In this document: positions 37,701 through 50,100 of the stretch, piece by piece
How positions within the stretch are numbered: position 1 is the first letter of the stretch
How the letters are laid out: every line of letters starts with the position of its first letter
Assembly (NCBI GenBank): GCA_035084275.1
Contig: CM068747.1
Span: forward strand, 23,436,001 to 23,500,000
DNA length: 64,000 bases
Reading direction: 5' to 3'
Source of the DNA: Hydrolagus colliei
Lineage: Eukaryota
Translations under genes and position numbers: made by a program
Notes under the pieces: generated by a model
Database searches by the model: none
The model's input: the letters and a program-made list of their open reading frames with translations, nothing else
What the model was told of the DNA's origin: nothing

Positions 37701-39156
37701 ATAAGAGCAATCATGCATGCTGGGAAAGATTGCCTCTGCTGCACTATAGATATAGAGGCAGAGTATAGTGCATGGGTTTATTTGGTTAAACGGTATGTAT
37801 ATTTTAACACTCTTAGGATAACCAGCTTTGTAAAATATTGAAACGGATGTTAAATCTTTCAGCACGTGGCTCAGATTTTAGCTGAGTAGCGTAATATTAT
37901 TAGGACTATTATTATACCTCCAAATAATTGGTGAGTTTTTGCATTTAGTGTGAGGGATAGTTCAGAAGTTATAGAAATGAATCATTTGATAAGAGTGGGG
38001 GAAACAAGTAAGATTAAATCCCATGAGTGGTTTTATTTTGCTCTCAGCCAATCTTGGCAGAAAAACCTTGACTCAAATTGGGTTCACCGCATAGTATTAA
38101 ATCTCCTTCTTAAACCTTTCTGGATGAAGGAGGAAGCATGTTTTAGATAGCACTAATAGGAATTTCTAAAGAGAAAGCAGAAAGGAACTTTTACTTTTTT
38201 TTAAACATTGTTTAATTTAAACATTCACGTTCATACAGATAAAGTTCCTCCAGATGCAACTCTAATATTTGACGTTGAGCTTTATAAAGTGGAACGAGGA
38301 CCACGGAGTCCGGAAGCCTTTCTTGCCATCGACTCGAACAGTGATCGAAAGCTTTCCCCAGATGAGGTACTACGTCAGTTTTTATAATGAATTGTAGATG
38401 TGCGTTCCAGAAACTTTGGATATCATCCTACCATGAAAAGTGCTATACAAAAGTAATTTTGTATTGTGTGTGTATATATATATGTCCCTCTAAATCTATA
38501 CACATATATAAACAGTATATAATTTCATATAACAATTAATATCTAGTATACAGAAATTTATTTTTCTTTGTAGAAAAGATTGGCCTGATATTTCCTTTTT
38601 TTAAAACTAGAAAGTGCTCATGTGGGTGAATTGAATATTGTATAACATTCATTCATTTTCCTCCACTGTCATTCAATTTCCCCCACCCAACCCAAAACAC
38701 TCGCTAATATTGATGGGCAGGCTCTAACAACATTTGGTTGAGGTCCTATAGTAAGCATGAATTACAACCCTAAGTAGGTGAGAAATAAACGTAAAGAAAG
38801 ACATTGGGCAACTCAATCCTGAATAATGTAGAGATTTGTTATTGGTTGGTTCAGAACTATGCTCGGGTACTCAACTTTCGTGTGTCTCTCAGGCTGCGAT
38901 CTGTCTGCATGTTTTCCATCTTTTGTTGATCAAATATAAAATGAATTTTGCTTCTTTAAATATATCTAAAGTTTCATTTTTTTTATTCCAGCTGAAGGTA
39001 TATTTGCAGAATGAATTCAAGAATGATGAAAAAAAACAAGAAGATTCTACCTATTTTGAACTTGTGTTGGCTGATATACTGCAAAGAAATGATCGTGATG
39101 GAGATGGTTTCATTTCTGCCAGAGAGTACAACATTTATCATCACGATGAGCTGTAG
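34786..39156 (+). CDS. FKBP7: ER peptidyl-prolyl isomerase FKBP7 (FKBP23), about 218 aa, 4 exons
   Basis: Exons 34786-34997, 36264-36415, 38239-38366, 38992-39156 (TAG). Signal peptide (LCALVLLLSQVL), FKBP domain (PKWFVLGVGQVIKGLDVGM..MCEGEKRK...VPPDATLIFDVEL), two EF-hand loops (DSNSDRKLSPDE, DRDGDGFISARE), C-terminal HDEL. Position between PLEKHA3 and PJVK favours FKBP7 over FKBP14. AATAAA at 39414. Confidence 0.95.
36047..36125. repeat. 79-bp inverted repeat (mini-MITE-like hairpin) in FKBP7 intron 1
   Basis: CCCCAGGTGGCAAGCCCATGTGGGGC (36047-36072) pairs with GTCCCATATGGGCTGGCTACCTGGGG (36100-36125). Confidence 0.75.
36620..37005 (+). mobile_element. SINE 3' part with internal tandem duplication (about 140 bp x2) and L2-type tail
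   Basis: Unit CCCCTTTCTCCCCT..CCCCACTTCC..GACTGTTTGTGGGA..TGTG.GCAATTTG..GCCGC.TTTCACCCACAA at about 36653 and 36794, then GCGCCTTGGGACGTCCTCGCAACATGAAAGGTGCTACATAAATG. Confidence 0.75.
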
Positions 39157-40297
39157 CACTTTGACCTCTATCATAATCTTTTTCTACTATCTGAAATACA
39201 TAGAACATGTGGTTACATGACTATGTATGCTTAATTTGTTATTACACTTCCTGTGGTACTACAGAATGGCACAATGAACCTTTTTGAATATTTAAGCCTT
39301 TTTTTAACATACAGAATTTTTTAAGTGTACTGTATTGTATGAATCTAAAACAATGAGATTGAAATGAAAGTTTGGGAGCATTTTTAACTTTTGCATTGTA
39401 TTTTGACCACTCAAATAAATCTTGAATTTCTTTCATTTACAGCATTTTCCACTGTAGTTATTTCCAGTTGGTGTGAACTTCATAGAGGTAAACATTTACA
39501 CACATCTATTCAGGGTTAGTTCAAATGAACATTGATAATATATTCCTAATCTGATTTCTCTCTTCTGGTCTCTATGATATTAATTAGTGGAAAGGAGAAA
39601 ATATTCCAGATCAAGACTATTGAAGTTGATGTGAAGATTAATCAACTCAATTACTTCAATGCTGGCAAAATATGACACACTTTCATATCTATGTATAACA
39701 AAATCACACAAATACATGCAACACAGATAATATTTTAATTAGGCTTCACAATAGAGAATCATTTTGTATCCAGTATTTGTTCATGCATAACAACCTGAAG
39801 CACACTAAACCTGTAACTTAAAAAAAATTCAAATAAACTTTTGATACTCGTTGCACTCAACTACCTCTACAAAACTGAGAATGTTATTGTATGTTACATA
39901 ACAAAAGAAAGCAATGGTGCAAAACATGAAAACATAAACAGAACCTCTGAGAAGGCAATAATGGGAGAGAAATCATATTATGTAGCTGTTGCTGGAAGTA
40001 AACTAGCTACAGTACTTTGTGTTACTCTGACACACTTATCCTGTGCAATTTAATTAGTTTCTACCAGGCAAGAAAAGCTCTACAGCTTTTCAACAATATT
40101 TTCTCAGTTGACAAACAAATCAGTTGACAAAAAAGTGAATGTTTTACTTTTTTTAATTGCTCTAATACTGAATCAGAACTGATTAATACACTAATCGCAT
40201 ATATATTTTTCAAAAGTATTGTCCTGAAAATATTAGTGTGATCTTATGGATGTGTCACCATATCTGGATCACTAATAGTAACTATTTGTATTGTGTT

Positions 40298-43200
40298 TCA
40301 TTTTGCTCTTTTGTGCCATAAATCAAAACATGGCACCACATGCAGTCTCACATATTTCTGTCCATTGAATGAACACTCAAGGCACCCATATACAGTCTCT
40401 CGCCGTGAACTGCCCATGCCACAGAGAACACAGGGACCTTTGGAGATATTATGGTTGAGCAGATTTACCCGCGTGTGTGCACTGTCACTGAGATAGATAG
40501 TGGAAATATCAGTCATGCTTGTAGCTTTTTCATAATAGTCAGCAACCAAATCCTCCAAGTAAGGGTCTGAGTTCGTGGAAATATCTGCTAACTTTCCATC
40601 TGTGTAAAAACACAGCAACAGATAATAAGAGTTATGTTCATTGAAACTTAATTCAACATAGATTCCTGGGACACAATTTGCTTCTAATAGAAGCTGAGAA
40701 TGACAACCCAAAGTCCTACCTGCCTGCTGGGAGCATAAATACAATACTACTGGCAAATGTGTGTGTTTGTCCCCCCACATTTCCCTTGTTTTCCAGTTGT
40801 AGGATGGGCTATCCCTGGCTCCTGAAGAAATTACATTTATGTCAATAATTATTCTATTGTGTTTTAGGGCTTCTTGCACTCTGGAATACTGTAATCAGTG
40901 GGATGGGATACCAGTCGAGCTGATAGATAAGTTAGTGTGTAAAAAATACAAGGCACAAAAGTTACAGAAGAAAATGGGTCATTCAAATAGCCACTTCCAA
41001 TTACCTATGCCATCTCACAACAAATACAATTAAAAAATAGTTGGACTTAAATTCGAATGAACTGTGTCTAATTGCCAATGAAATTGCATTACTTACATTT
41101 AAAAGGACAAGAATATAGGTATTTGCACCTCCCGATGTGAAAGGCGCTCTATAAATGTAATTTTGTTGTTGTTGTATTTACTTATTCACACAAATTCAGC
41201 AAGTATTTTAGCAAAGCTACAACTATCTAAATAAGTAAATTGTGTGCTATATATGTTTAAGCTAACGTTTTTTTTTAAAAAAATAACTTAGCTGGCTTAG
41301 GAGTCAATGCACATTAAGTTAATAGTCCCTGATATACTAAAAGAAGAACCCAAGTTCCTTTGTGCTGGGTATTCTACCAAAGAAGCTGCAATCCATGATA
41401 TTTTTCACTAGATGGTGCTAACCTTATATCCTTACACCCATTCATATTGTAAACACGAATACAGTTCACACGTTTGCATAAATGTAAATCTGCAGACAAC
41501 AGAGACTAACAGCTTCCTCTCTATGATTATTATCATAGTTGTTAAAATGACCAAATATAATATGCCTGATAACAGTGGTTTCACTAATGGTGCTCCAACT
41601 GAAGTCTATTTCAGTAATTATGCTCCAGAAAAATAAAATGGAAATGAAATAGTGGTGTAATAGGGAATAAAGTGAGGACTCAAACACATCTACAAATACC
41701 TGACATGAGAACACAATAACTCCAGAAGGGGCAACATTTCCAAAAGCAAAGTACAGTACTGTGTCTGCCAAATAATTCAACTGCCCAGGGTCAACATCAC
41801 TCTCCAAGAAGCCTTAAGGAGACGAAGGTGCACAGTCAGTGATTGATTGTTGCTTCCACACCATTACCCTTCACTGCTGCAAAATGTTCACTTCACTCAC
41901 TTAGTACCAATTGACTCAGAATCATCTAAGATGCTCTGCTAACCAGTCAAAGTACATTCACTACTCCCCTAGGAGGCCTTTTCCTATATAATTCAAATGG
42001 CATAAACAGATCATTTTATATCATTGCAATCCCATTCATTCACAATTATCATTTGTGAGTCATCAGCTCAGCCTACCTGTGAAATATAAATACAGTAATT
42101 TTTTTGTCTGTTTTTTTGGCTTAATGCTGTAAATCACAAACAGAATACAACACACATCCTCCATTAATAAATACATAAGATATACAGGATATCTTTGTGA
42201 TGGATCCCTCCACAAAAATAACCAATAATTTGGTCACTTCAATCTATGACTGTTTGTGGGACACTGCTGTGCACAATTGGCTGCTGTGTTTCGCCCACTA
42301 ATATAGTTACTTTTCCTACTATGCTTTATCCTGCCCTGATCCTTCCCACCCTGCTCTTGTCCTACCTGACTGTACAGCGCCTTGGGATGTCCTCTCGACG
42401 TGAAAGGCGCTATATAAATGTAAGTTTTGTTTGTTTGTTTGTTTGTTTCACCTACAAATATAGTCAATTCACTTTACAGTATATTCTGTGAAGCGCTTTG
42501 AGACATCTAGAAGACGTAAAAGGCGCGATATCAAATGCAAGGATTACTTCCTATTGATTATTTTAAGAATCTGTCGGACATTCAGACCTTTGTAGGTATC
42601 TCTTATTACCACCATTCTAAATATGACTTCAGACTATCAGTATTCAAAGAAAAGCATTAAGGAAAATACATACCTGATCTGAATGGGCTACCATAAAAGA
42701 AGTCTGATAGACAGCGTCGCAGTCTCCACACTGAAAATCGTCCCATCAAACCACCCAACTGCTCCGTTATTTGCTCTTTCTCAAACCCACCTTCTGATTC
42801 AGAGGTAACGCAAAGATCTTTGAGTAAAGTAAAATGCAGATTGAAACAATTAGGCAATAATATTATCACAATAAAATAGTTATGCTGTTCATATTGATTA
42901 ACTATATTACACAATGCCTTTATTGATTGCCCACCCCACTGCACTTGGGTAAATAGCTATCAAACTTCATTGTCAACGCTCCATTTTGCTGGAGAGAGAC
43001 TGACCCCTGTCTAACTAAAGTAGGGAAAAAAAGGAATCAAACACCTTCTTGGGGGAAAAATACATACATGTTCTAAAAGTAACAATATTAGTAATTTAGT
43101 AATTATTCAATTTAGTTACTGCATTGAATCTTCTTCAACTGAAAACAGCTTTAACCTTTTCGACCGTGCCTTCGGCTACCTCACTAACTCTTACCCCTCT

Positions 43201-45251
43201 TCCACTCTCCTTCCCCTTCCCCCCCTACCCCAACCCTTCCCCACCCTCCACCCCCCCCCCCCCCACCCCCGCTCAGGTCCCGACCTGACTGTTCAACAAA
43301 AGGTGCAATATAAGTGCAATTTTGTTGTGGTTGTTAACCCATCTTGGTTACTTACCAAAATGCCCATCTAATCGGATGTAGAGTTCAAACACACTAAATG
43401 CAATAGTTGTATGAGCTGGGATAACAATGGCTTTGTCTCGGCCTTTATGATTTCGGCCATCGTCAATCTGAAACTAGCGTCAAAATGATTTTTTTAAAGA
43501 AGAAAACATTTATTTTCACAGATTAATAGAATGAAGATGTACATAAATACTATTCAACATATGTTATATAAAATAAAAAGTTCCACAAAGTGAAGTGCCT
43601 CAGAAATATACTGAGGCATAATTTCTCTATGCACCAAATTCAACATAGAGCACATTTATTTTTTAACCTGATCTTCACTGTGAAATTACATTTAAATTTG
43701 GAATATGGCTGAATTGCTATTTGTAATTATATTCTTATAATATAATTTAAATACAAAGTTTCAATTTACCCGCATAGTTTTTCTTCTCATGCCTGCGTGC
43801 ACAGTGAGTGAGCATTGCCGGGTTGTCCGAATGCTCTCCATAACAATACAGAGTACAGCACGCCGGCTTTCCTTCATTTGACGGACAAGGCAATGTTCAA
43901 GGTCAACTTTTCTAAGGAGACATGAGGAAAACTGGGTAAGAACGCGGACCTTGGAAGTCACACTGTTTTCTTTTGTAAATGATCTGTTCAGCGACATCAT
44001 GTCCATTTTGGTTAATACTAATGAACCTACAGTAACAAGACTGCAAGAGAGATATGGATGAAGAAGGAGTTCAGGGCCATTTCATCGCATATTTTGAGAA
44101 ATCCCCACCTTATTATTTTCTCATTACATCACTAAACTGCTTTCTGGGCTCAATCTTTCTTCCTGGAAAACATCTCAAATGTTAATAATCCTTTGTATAA
44201 AGTCAGTTTACTAATGTATAATTTCATAAGTGCTAAAACACTTAAAAATATCTCATAAATGGTCTAATTTACCTATTAATCTCCCTAAGGAGGGCTGGCA
44301 CCTCCACCTCATGTTTCGTTACTATTCCAAATGAAGCCTTCACTGCCACAGAGTCTGAGCCGGCAATCTTAAATCCAACATCATGAATAACCTGGTTTCC
44401 AAGTCTCCCACTTAAGGAAACATCGGATTTGTCTTCATAATTGAGAAGCTGATACGAGGAGACGCCTATAAAGTGGATAAAATAAATGATTTTAATTATC
44501 TGAGCTGGTAAAAAAAATTGAAGTGTAAATATTAGCCCATACACCGGTCATAGTTGTGCCAAATATAATGACATGTTCGATGTAACCCGTATATATTGTG
44601 CAGTTTATTAGGAATAGTGATGTACCGATATTTGTCAGTAAAATAATAATCCTTGAATTTGATATAGCGCCTTTCACTTCTGAAAGGCATCTCAAAGAGC
44701 GTAACGGGATTTACTGTAAAGTATATTGACTGTGTATTTTGTAGGTGGGTAGTCTAATTATACTTATAAGGTAATGAATATCAACGAATTATCAATGAAT
44801 TATACTTATAAGGTAATTAGCGATGATTAATTAATTAATAATTTAGGATTAAGTTGTTTAATTAAGACATTTAACACAGAATTTCACATCGATTTCTGAA
44901 GCAGAAGGCAGTAGAAACGTACATCTAAGAAGTAACATTATTGAACAGTATTATAAAATATAAGCTTAATTCAAACAAAACATAGTTTTCTTTAATAATA
45001 AACACATAGCTAAAATTAGACAATTAGAAAAATACTTTACCAGCAGAAACCTCTTTTTCTCCCACAAGAATGTCCTTCAGGGTGAAAGGTGTAGAACTGT
45101 ATTGGTTTTTCTTCCAGAAGCAAGACTTCTTTTTCTTGGTTACTAGACCAAGAGGTTGATATCTGTCAGCCTCACTCAAACTAGGAACAGGGATCAATCT
45201 GCCCGTATCTCCAACCTGCTTTACAAAGTTCTTCGTAGCAGCAGAAAACAT
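40298..45251 (-). CDS. PJVK: Pejvakin (DFNB59, gasdermin family), about 369 aa, 6 coding exons
   Basis: Minus-strand exons 45251-45041, 44465-44273, 43911-43770, 43473-43356, 42817-42674, 40599-40298 (TGA); phases consistent. N-terminus [29 protein letters not shown]; C-terminal Cys motif GPCVLCGMG...VYGCLEC...[15 protein letters not shown]. Confidence 0.97.
42245..42550 (+). mobile_element. Composite SINE 3' end with two different tails in tandem (PJVK intron, antisense to PJVK)
   Basis: Deu-type GACTGTTTGTGGGACACTGCTGTGCACAATTGGCTGC, then tail A (GCGCCTTGGGATGTCCTCTCGACGTGAAAGGCGC..(TTTG)n), then tail B (CAATTCACTTTACAGTATATTCTGTGAAGCGCTTTGAGACATC..ATCAAATGCAAGGATTA). Confidence 0.8.
43150..43335 (+). 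mobile_element. L2 3' fragment with poly-C tract in a PJVK intron
   Basis: TTCGACCGTGCCTTCGG...GCTCAGGTCCCGACCTGACTGTTCA...ATATAAGTGCAATTTTGTTG, homologous to the 27150-27330 copy. Confidence 0.7.
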
Positions 45252-45897
45252 TTCTGACAGTCTCGAACAGAAAGAACAAAATCCTTATCTAGTTTGTTAC
45301 AACTGTGACACACTGGAAAATAAGACACTGAAATTTTAAATAATCAAGACTTTTTCAAACTAACTAAGGGCTTGTTTCATTACTTATCAATTTGTTTGAC
45401 CAATAAATTATTATAGTTAAAATCAGTCCATTCTTTGACGAGTAATCTTAATGGTTCCTCTGTAACTTCGCTGTTTATTTTCTTCCTTTAGCACTTCTGT
45501 TCAGTTCAAGTTTATGAATAATAAACAAGCTGCTAACCTGATAGGGATGTTTGTAACAATAGATCTTTACAAAGTAACAGGTTCATAAGAACAGGAGTAG
45601 CCCAGTTGAGCCAATGCATCTATCATTTTATTAGCTCATGTCTGTTCTTAAATCCCATTTCCATGTTTTTTCATTATTGTGGGAGTTTTTTTTATATAAA
45701 TGTAAATTTTAATGTATACTTATGAAATGTAAAACTTTCTTAAACAATACTCCCATACATAACAAAAGCGTAATTAACACAAAATAAAAATTTTCAATTT
45801 CAGTTTCAAACGTGTTCATCCCTTGAATACAGTATATCCTGAATACTTCCACTATATAATACTTTATTTATGATGATGCCACGGGTATCATGTTTGA

Positions 45898-46060
45898 TAA
45901 TAATAATCCTTACATATGTTCTAATGCTTTTCACGTCTTCTAGACGGCTCAAAGCGCTTCACAGAATATACTGTAAAGTGAATTGACTATATATGTGGGT
46001 GAAAAGTGGCAGTCAATTGCGCACAGCAGCGTCCCACAAACAATCATGGATTTAAATGAA
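45898..46060 (-). mobile_element. SINE 3' fragment with tail B
   Basis: Reverse complement matches the Deu 3' part plus tail B at 42245-42550. Further tail-B fragments at about 4510-4605, 7275-7380, 18985-19090, 31875-31990 (+) and 44640-44745, 50860-50980, 62760-62850 (-). Confidence 0.75.
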
Positions 46061-46559
46061 TGGTAGCTACTGGAACTTTGATATGGACTCGCCTGGACTG
46101 GTGCCATTTCTTGACTCTCCAAGAAGTCGATCGTGATCGACCCGTTGGAGATTCCTGCTTTGGGCCAGCCTAGATGATTCTGCTTCCTTTTTGGTTCGGT
46201 CAGCCATGTCACCGACACAAACGCAGAAATCCATCACTGGGCATATCCATCACATATCCAAACCAAACGTACATCAACATTGGAAATGCCCCCGTGATAC
46301 GTATCCGAACGGAATTCGCACTCTGAACTCTTTCCCTGAAGGTGCACATCGCGCTTTTGCCTCACTCCAGCGAGTATCATTACAGTAAAAAATGTGCCGA
46401 AGGTTGGCGAGAGCCGTGCGTTGAGGTAACTGCGAGGAGTCTGTCCAGCTAAAAAAGAAACGCATAGCTTGCCATTCAGGGCACTGCCCCGCAAGCTTCC
46501 CCACAGTTGTTGTCGTCGCTTGCCACCCAACCCAACCCGACTGTGGTTCGGAAGCAACT

Positions 46560-47119
46560 GAATTGGGTTGCGGACTGATTGCGAATCGGTAATAGAGCGT
46601 TATTAGAAACCGCCCACGTTTTAGAACAGAGGAGAAGGCCATGCCTCATTCACTTCACTCAATTTCCATCCCCATCCATAACCCACTGCACCCAGTGCAC
46701 TCAATGGTCCACATCTCGTCACCCTGGTGCTGATGGCACCCCGTCTCCATGGCAACTGACTACCAGGACACTCCCAGCATTCCCCGCTGGGCGGGCGGGC
46801 GGGCGGCCTACGTCACCGACTGGAACTCTATCTCCCAGCATTCCCGCTCGGGACACGTACTGTTGTTACTGAGGGTTGGTGGAGGGTGGGCTCACGTCAC
46901 CGAGTAGAACTACATCTCCCAGCATTCCCGCTCGAGTGGGAAGCGCGGGGAGGCGGGTGAAAGGTCAGTCTTCCCTCCTTCCCTCTCCTCTCCCTTCCTC
47001 CCTACAGCTCGCGTAGAAAGAGGCCGGCGGTTTGAGGCCGGGCACGGATAGAGGCGCCTTGTTTGTTTGTCTTTAGCGTGGCTGTCAAACCTCCACCGCA
47101 GGCAGCGACTGATCCTATC
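46560..47119. promoter_or_regulatory. Bidirectional GC-rich promoter region of PJVK and PRKRA
   Basis: GC/CpG-rich segment between divergent genes; X-box GTCTCCATGGCAAC at 46743-46756; ZNF143-like ACTACATCTCCCAGCAT motifs; ACGTCA half-CRE at 46810 and 46894; GC boxes. Confidence 0.8.
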
Positions 47120-50100
47120 ATGTCTGAGGAAAGGTTTACAGCCGCGTCTAAAAGGAGCTCTGGGTACTGCAGGTGAGGCAGAGGGCCGAGCGCCTCACGC
47201 TCAGCTATGGCGCTTCTCTCCTCTCTTCTCTCGCAGTCTCTCGGCCCTCCTACTAACCGTCTCTGCTCCCTTCCCATTGTAATTTATCTACTCCCCCCCC
47301 CCCCTCCCCAACCTCGCCTGGTTGCTTCCTGGCTGGGCTTTATTTGCGTGTGTTTCTAAGCGCTCGGAGTCGCGACCCCGGGCGTGGAGGAGGGGGCGTT
47401 ATATAAGTGCAAGTTGTGTGTGTGTGTGTGTGTGATGGGCTACCCCCCCCCCCATGTGTCAGACACCCTCTCCTCCTCTCCCCCCCCACCCCCATTTTGC
47501 TTGGGGGAAAAAAACCTTGTATTGTAATTTTATTTATCTCCCATTTACCACGAGGGAAAGAAGACAACCTTGAGTCTATTTCACAGATACATATATACTA
47601 TATATGTATTCATATATATATATATACTGTTCATTTATCTATGTAATTTAATCCTCCCTAGTTTAGATCAAATGATTGCCGCAATCCCTGTGAAGACACC
47701 TATCAGCCTGCTACAGGAATATTGCACAAGGAATGGTAACTCGCCCCAGTATGAACTTCTGACGTCTGAAGGTCAAGCTCACCTGCCCTGTTTTGTCTAC
47801 AAAGTAGTAGTGGGAGAAATAAGTTGTACAGGTTTGTCAAATGTTGTTGTGTTTCATCCCTACCCTGTGTGTTACATCTTTTGCAGACTAATAACTTGTG
47901 CTCTAATGCTATCAATATAAGAGGAGACTGAAGACGAGTCCCAATAGGAAGAAAGAAATGTGAATGCTGGACATTGTTTGCAGGTCAAACAGCATCGGAA
48001 GGAGAATATACTTTAGCATTATATATTTAATTGATTTTTGTTACTTCCATACATGCTGGTTCCAATTGATGCAGACTGGAAAAAACAATTAAAATACTGC
48101 AAAAATTGAGGACTATCTTGCAGTACAAATCCCTTAATAAGGAGTACAAGATACAGAGGTTTCCAATTTAGAGGAGCTCCACTCTGATGTAGTCTACTTC
48201 TAAAGAAGCGTTTTCAAATCCATTTGATTGCAAATTAGACCCAGATTATATATTTTTAATTGCATATTTGTACAGAAATCAAATGCTTGCATACTATACT
48301 ATTGCACAAATACCAGGTTGCCTTCAAAATCATACCATAAGTTTTTAAACAATAATTGTTTGTAGAACAGAAATCTGAATAAAAGTAAATTTTGCTTTGT
48401 TCTTCAATTGGGCATGAAGAAGGTCAACTAATAAAATGCAAGCAGTATATATTGATGAAAGAAGATTTCATTCCTTGATGACTACTGTAATTTCTGCTGA
48501 TGCATTGTTAAATACAATAGGTGAATAAATGTGCACTTATGGCAAATGCACTATGAAAACAAATTTAGAAAATCTTTGGATCCTTAGATCAAAACTCTAC
48601 TGTGGCATTACCAGTCATTAAATGATCGGGAAAATAAACAAATTCCATTGACCTGTATTTAACACTTTTCATGTCAGAAAGACACCCCAAAATCTGTATT
48701 CTCACATTTGGCTTTTCAACTGCACACTGTTGGTGCAATATCACCTCATAGTTCTGCTGTTGTTCAGTGACTGAACACTGTTGGACAGTAACATATATGG
48801 AATATAAATTGGTACTAGATAAAAACATGTCAAGGACATGTTGAATTTTTTTTCAACTGGAGAATTGAACCAAATAAACAGCTCTAAATCCTGATCAGTC
48901 CACTCTCTTATAAGTCAATTTAACAGCTAGTATCTTTTACTTTTGATGGCCTCTTTCTATTGAAATTTTTTATTTATCCGGCCTCTGATATCAAATGAAA
49001 CTCTTGCATCCAACCTCCTTTGGTAAAGCTGCTACAAAGAAGCTTAGTTTCTTCTCATGCCATATTTTTCTTCACCAGAACAAATAACTATAAAACTTGA
49101 TTCATCTTTATTTTTTATTCATGTTATTTTTTATCATAATAGTCCTTGCATTGCATATGATACCTATCACATTGAAATGTCTCAAATTGCTTCAAAGTAC
49201 TGTGATTACTTTTAAGTAGTGGAATACAGCAACCAATTTGTGCACAACAATCAATAATGGAGTCTACAGTCATAGGGTTTTCTAGTTGGTAATAATGAAA
49301 ATCATGATCTTTTATTAGCCATGCCATACAGAACTGATAAATCTTCCTATGTTTCAGATTTTATTAAATCAGTACCAACATTCTAAATGTATTTTTCAGC
49401 AGGGTCAAAACAGTTCAGATGTTATTTTGCAAGAATAGATCATAATTGGTGTTTTCACGGTTGTAGGTGAGGGTCCAAGCAAGAAAGCTGCAAAACACAA
49501 AGCGGCTGAAGCTGTACTTTATATTCTGAATGAAGGAGCAATGCAAGACCCTGCATATAATTGCATGAGGTGAGAGGCAAGGTGGATTTTATACATGGGC
49601 TAATATTTTGCATGTATGATTATTAATACCTTAATGAAACACAATAGCTGCAATCTAGCCTAATTCCTGCTGGTGATGGGATTTGCAGTATGACAAGCCA
49701 TGTGAACTGTGCTCTTGACTGCTATCGGCGTATATCCTCTTCAGTATTTGTAAATTCTTGGAAATCCAAGGTTACAGCTATCCCGTTTTTGATCCAATTA
49801 CAAACATTGAATTTAACATTTGATTTGCTTTTCTGTTTATTGAGTATTTTTGTTTACCGTATTTGGAGCAATGTCTGGGGGGGGAGTCGGTATTTTGAAT
49901 ATTTGCTTGCAATGTAATTAATAATAAATATGGGCAGATCTGGCAGACCATATCAAAACTTATTGCTCTGCCCTCGACTCCGCTAAATCATCCCTTCTCT
50001 TCGATATCGATATGCTCCCTCTTAATGACGTAATCCACAGACATGGGGTCAACTTCTAGATGTATGCAGATGACACTTAACTCTATCTCCGTACCTGTAC

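Noticed and set aside
44757-44817. Short direct repeat AATTATACTTATAAGGTAAT x2 in a PJVK intron (similar small duplication at about 6452-6501)
   Set aside because: Looks like ordinary local slippage in AT-rich intron; nothing suggests function.
46810-46934. Repeat-spacer-repeat pattern resembling a CRISPR array
   Set aside because: Only two units, vertebrate promoter context, no cas genes; explained by duplicated transcription-factor motifs.
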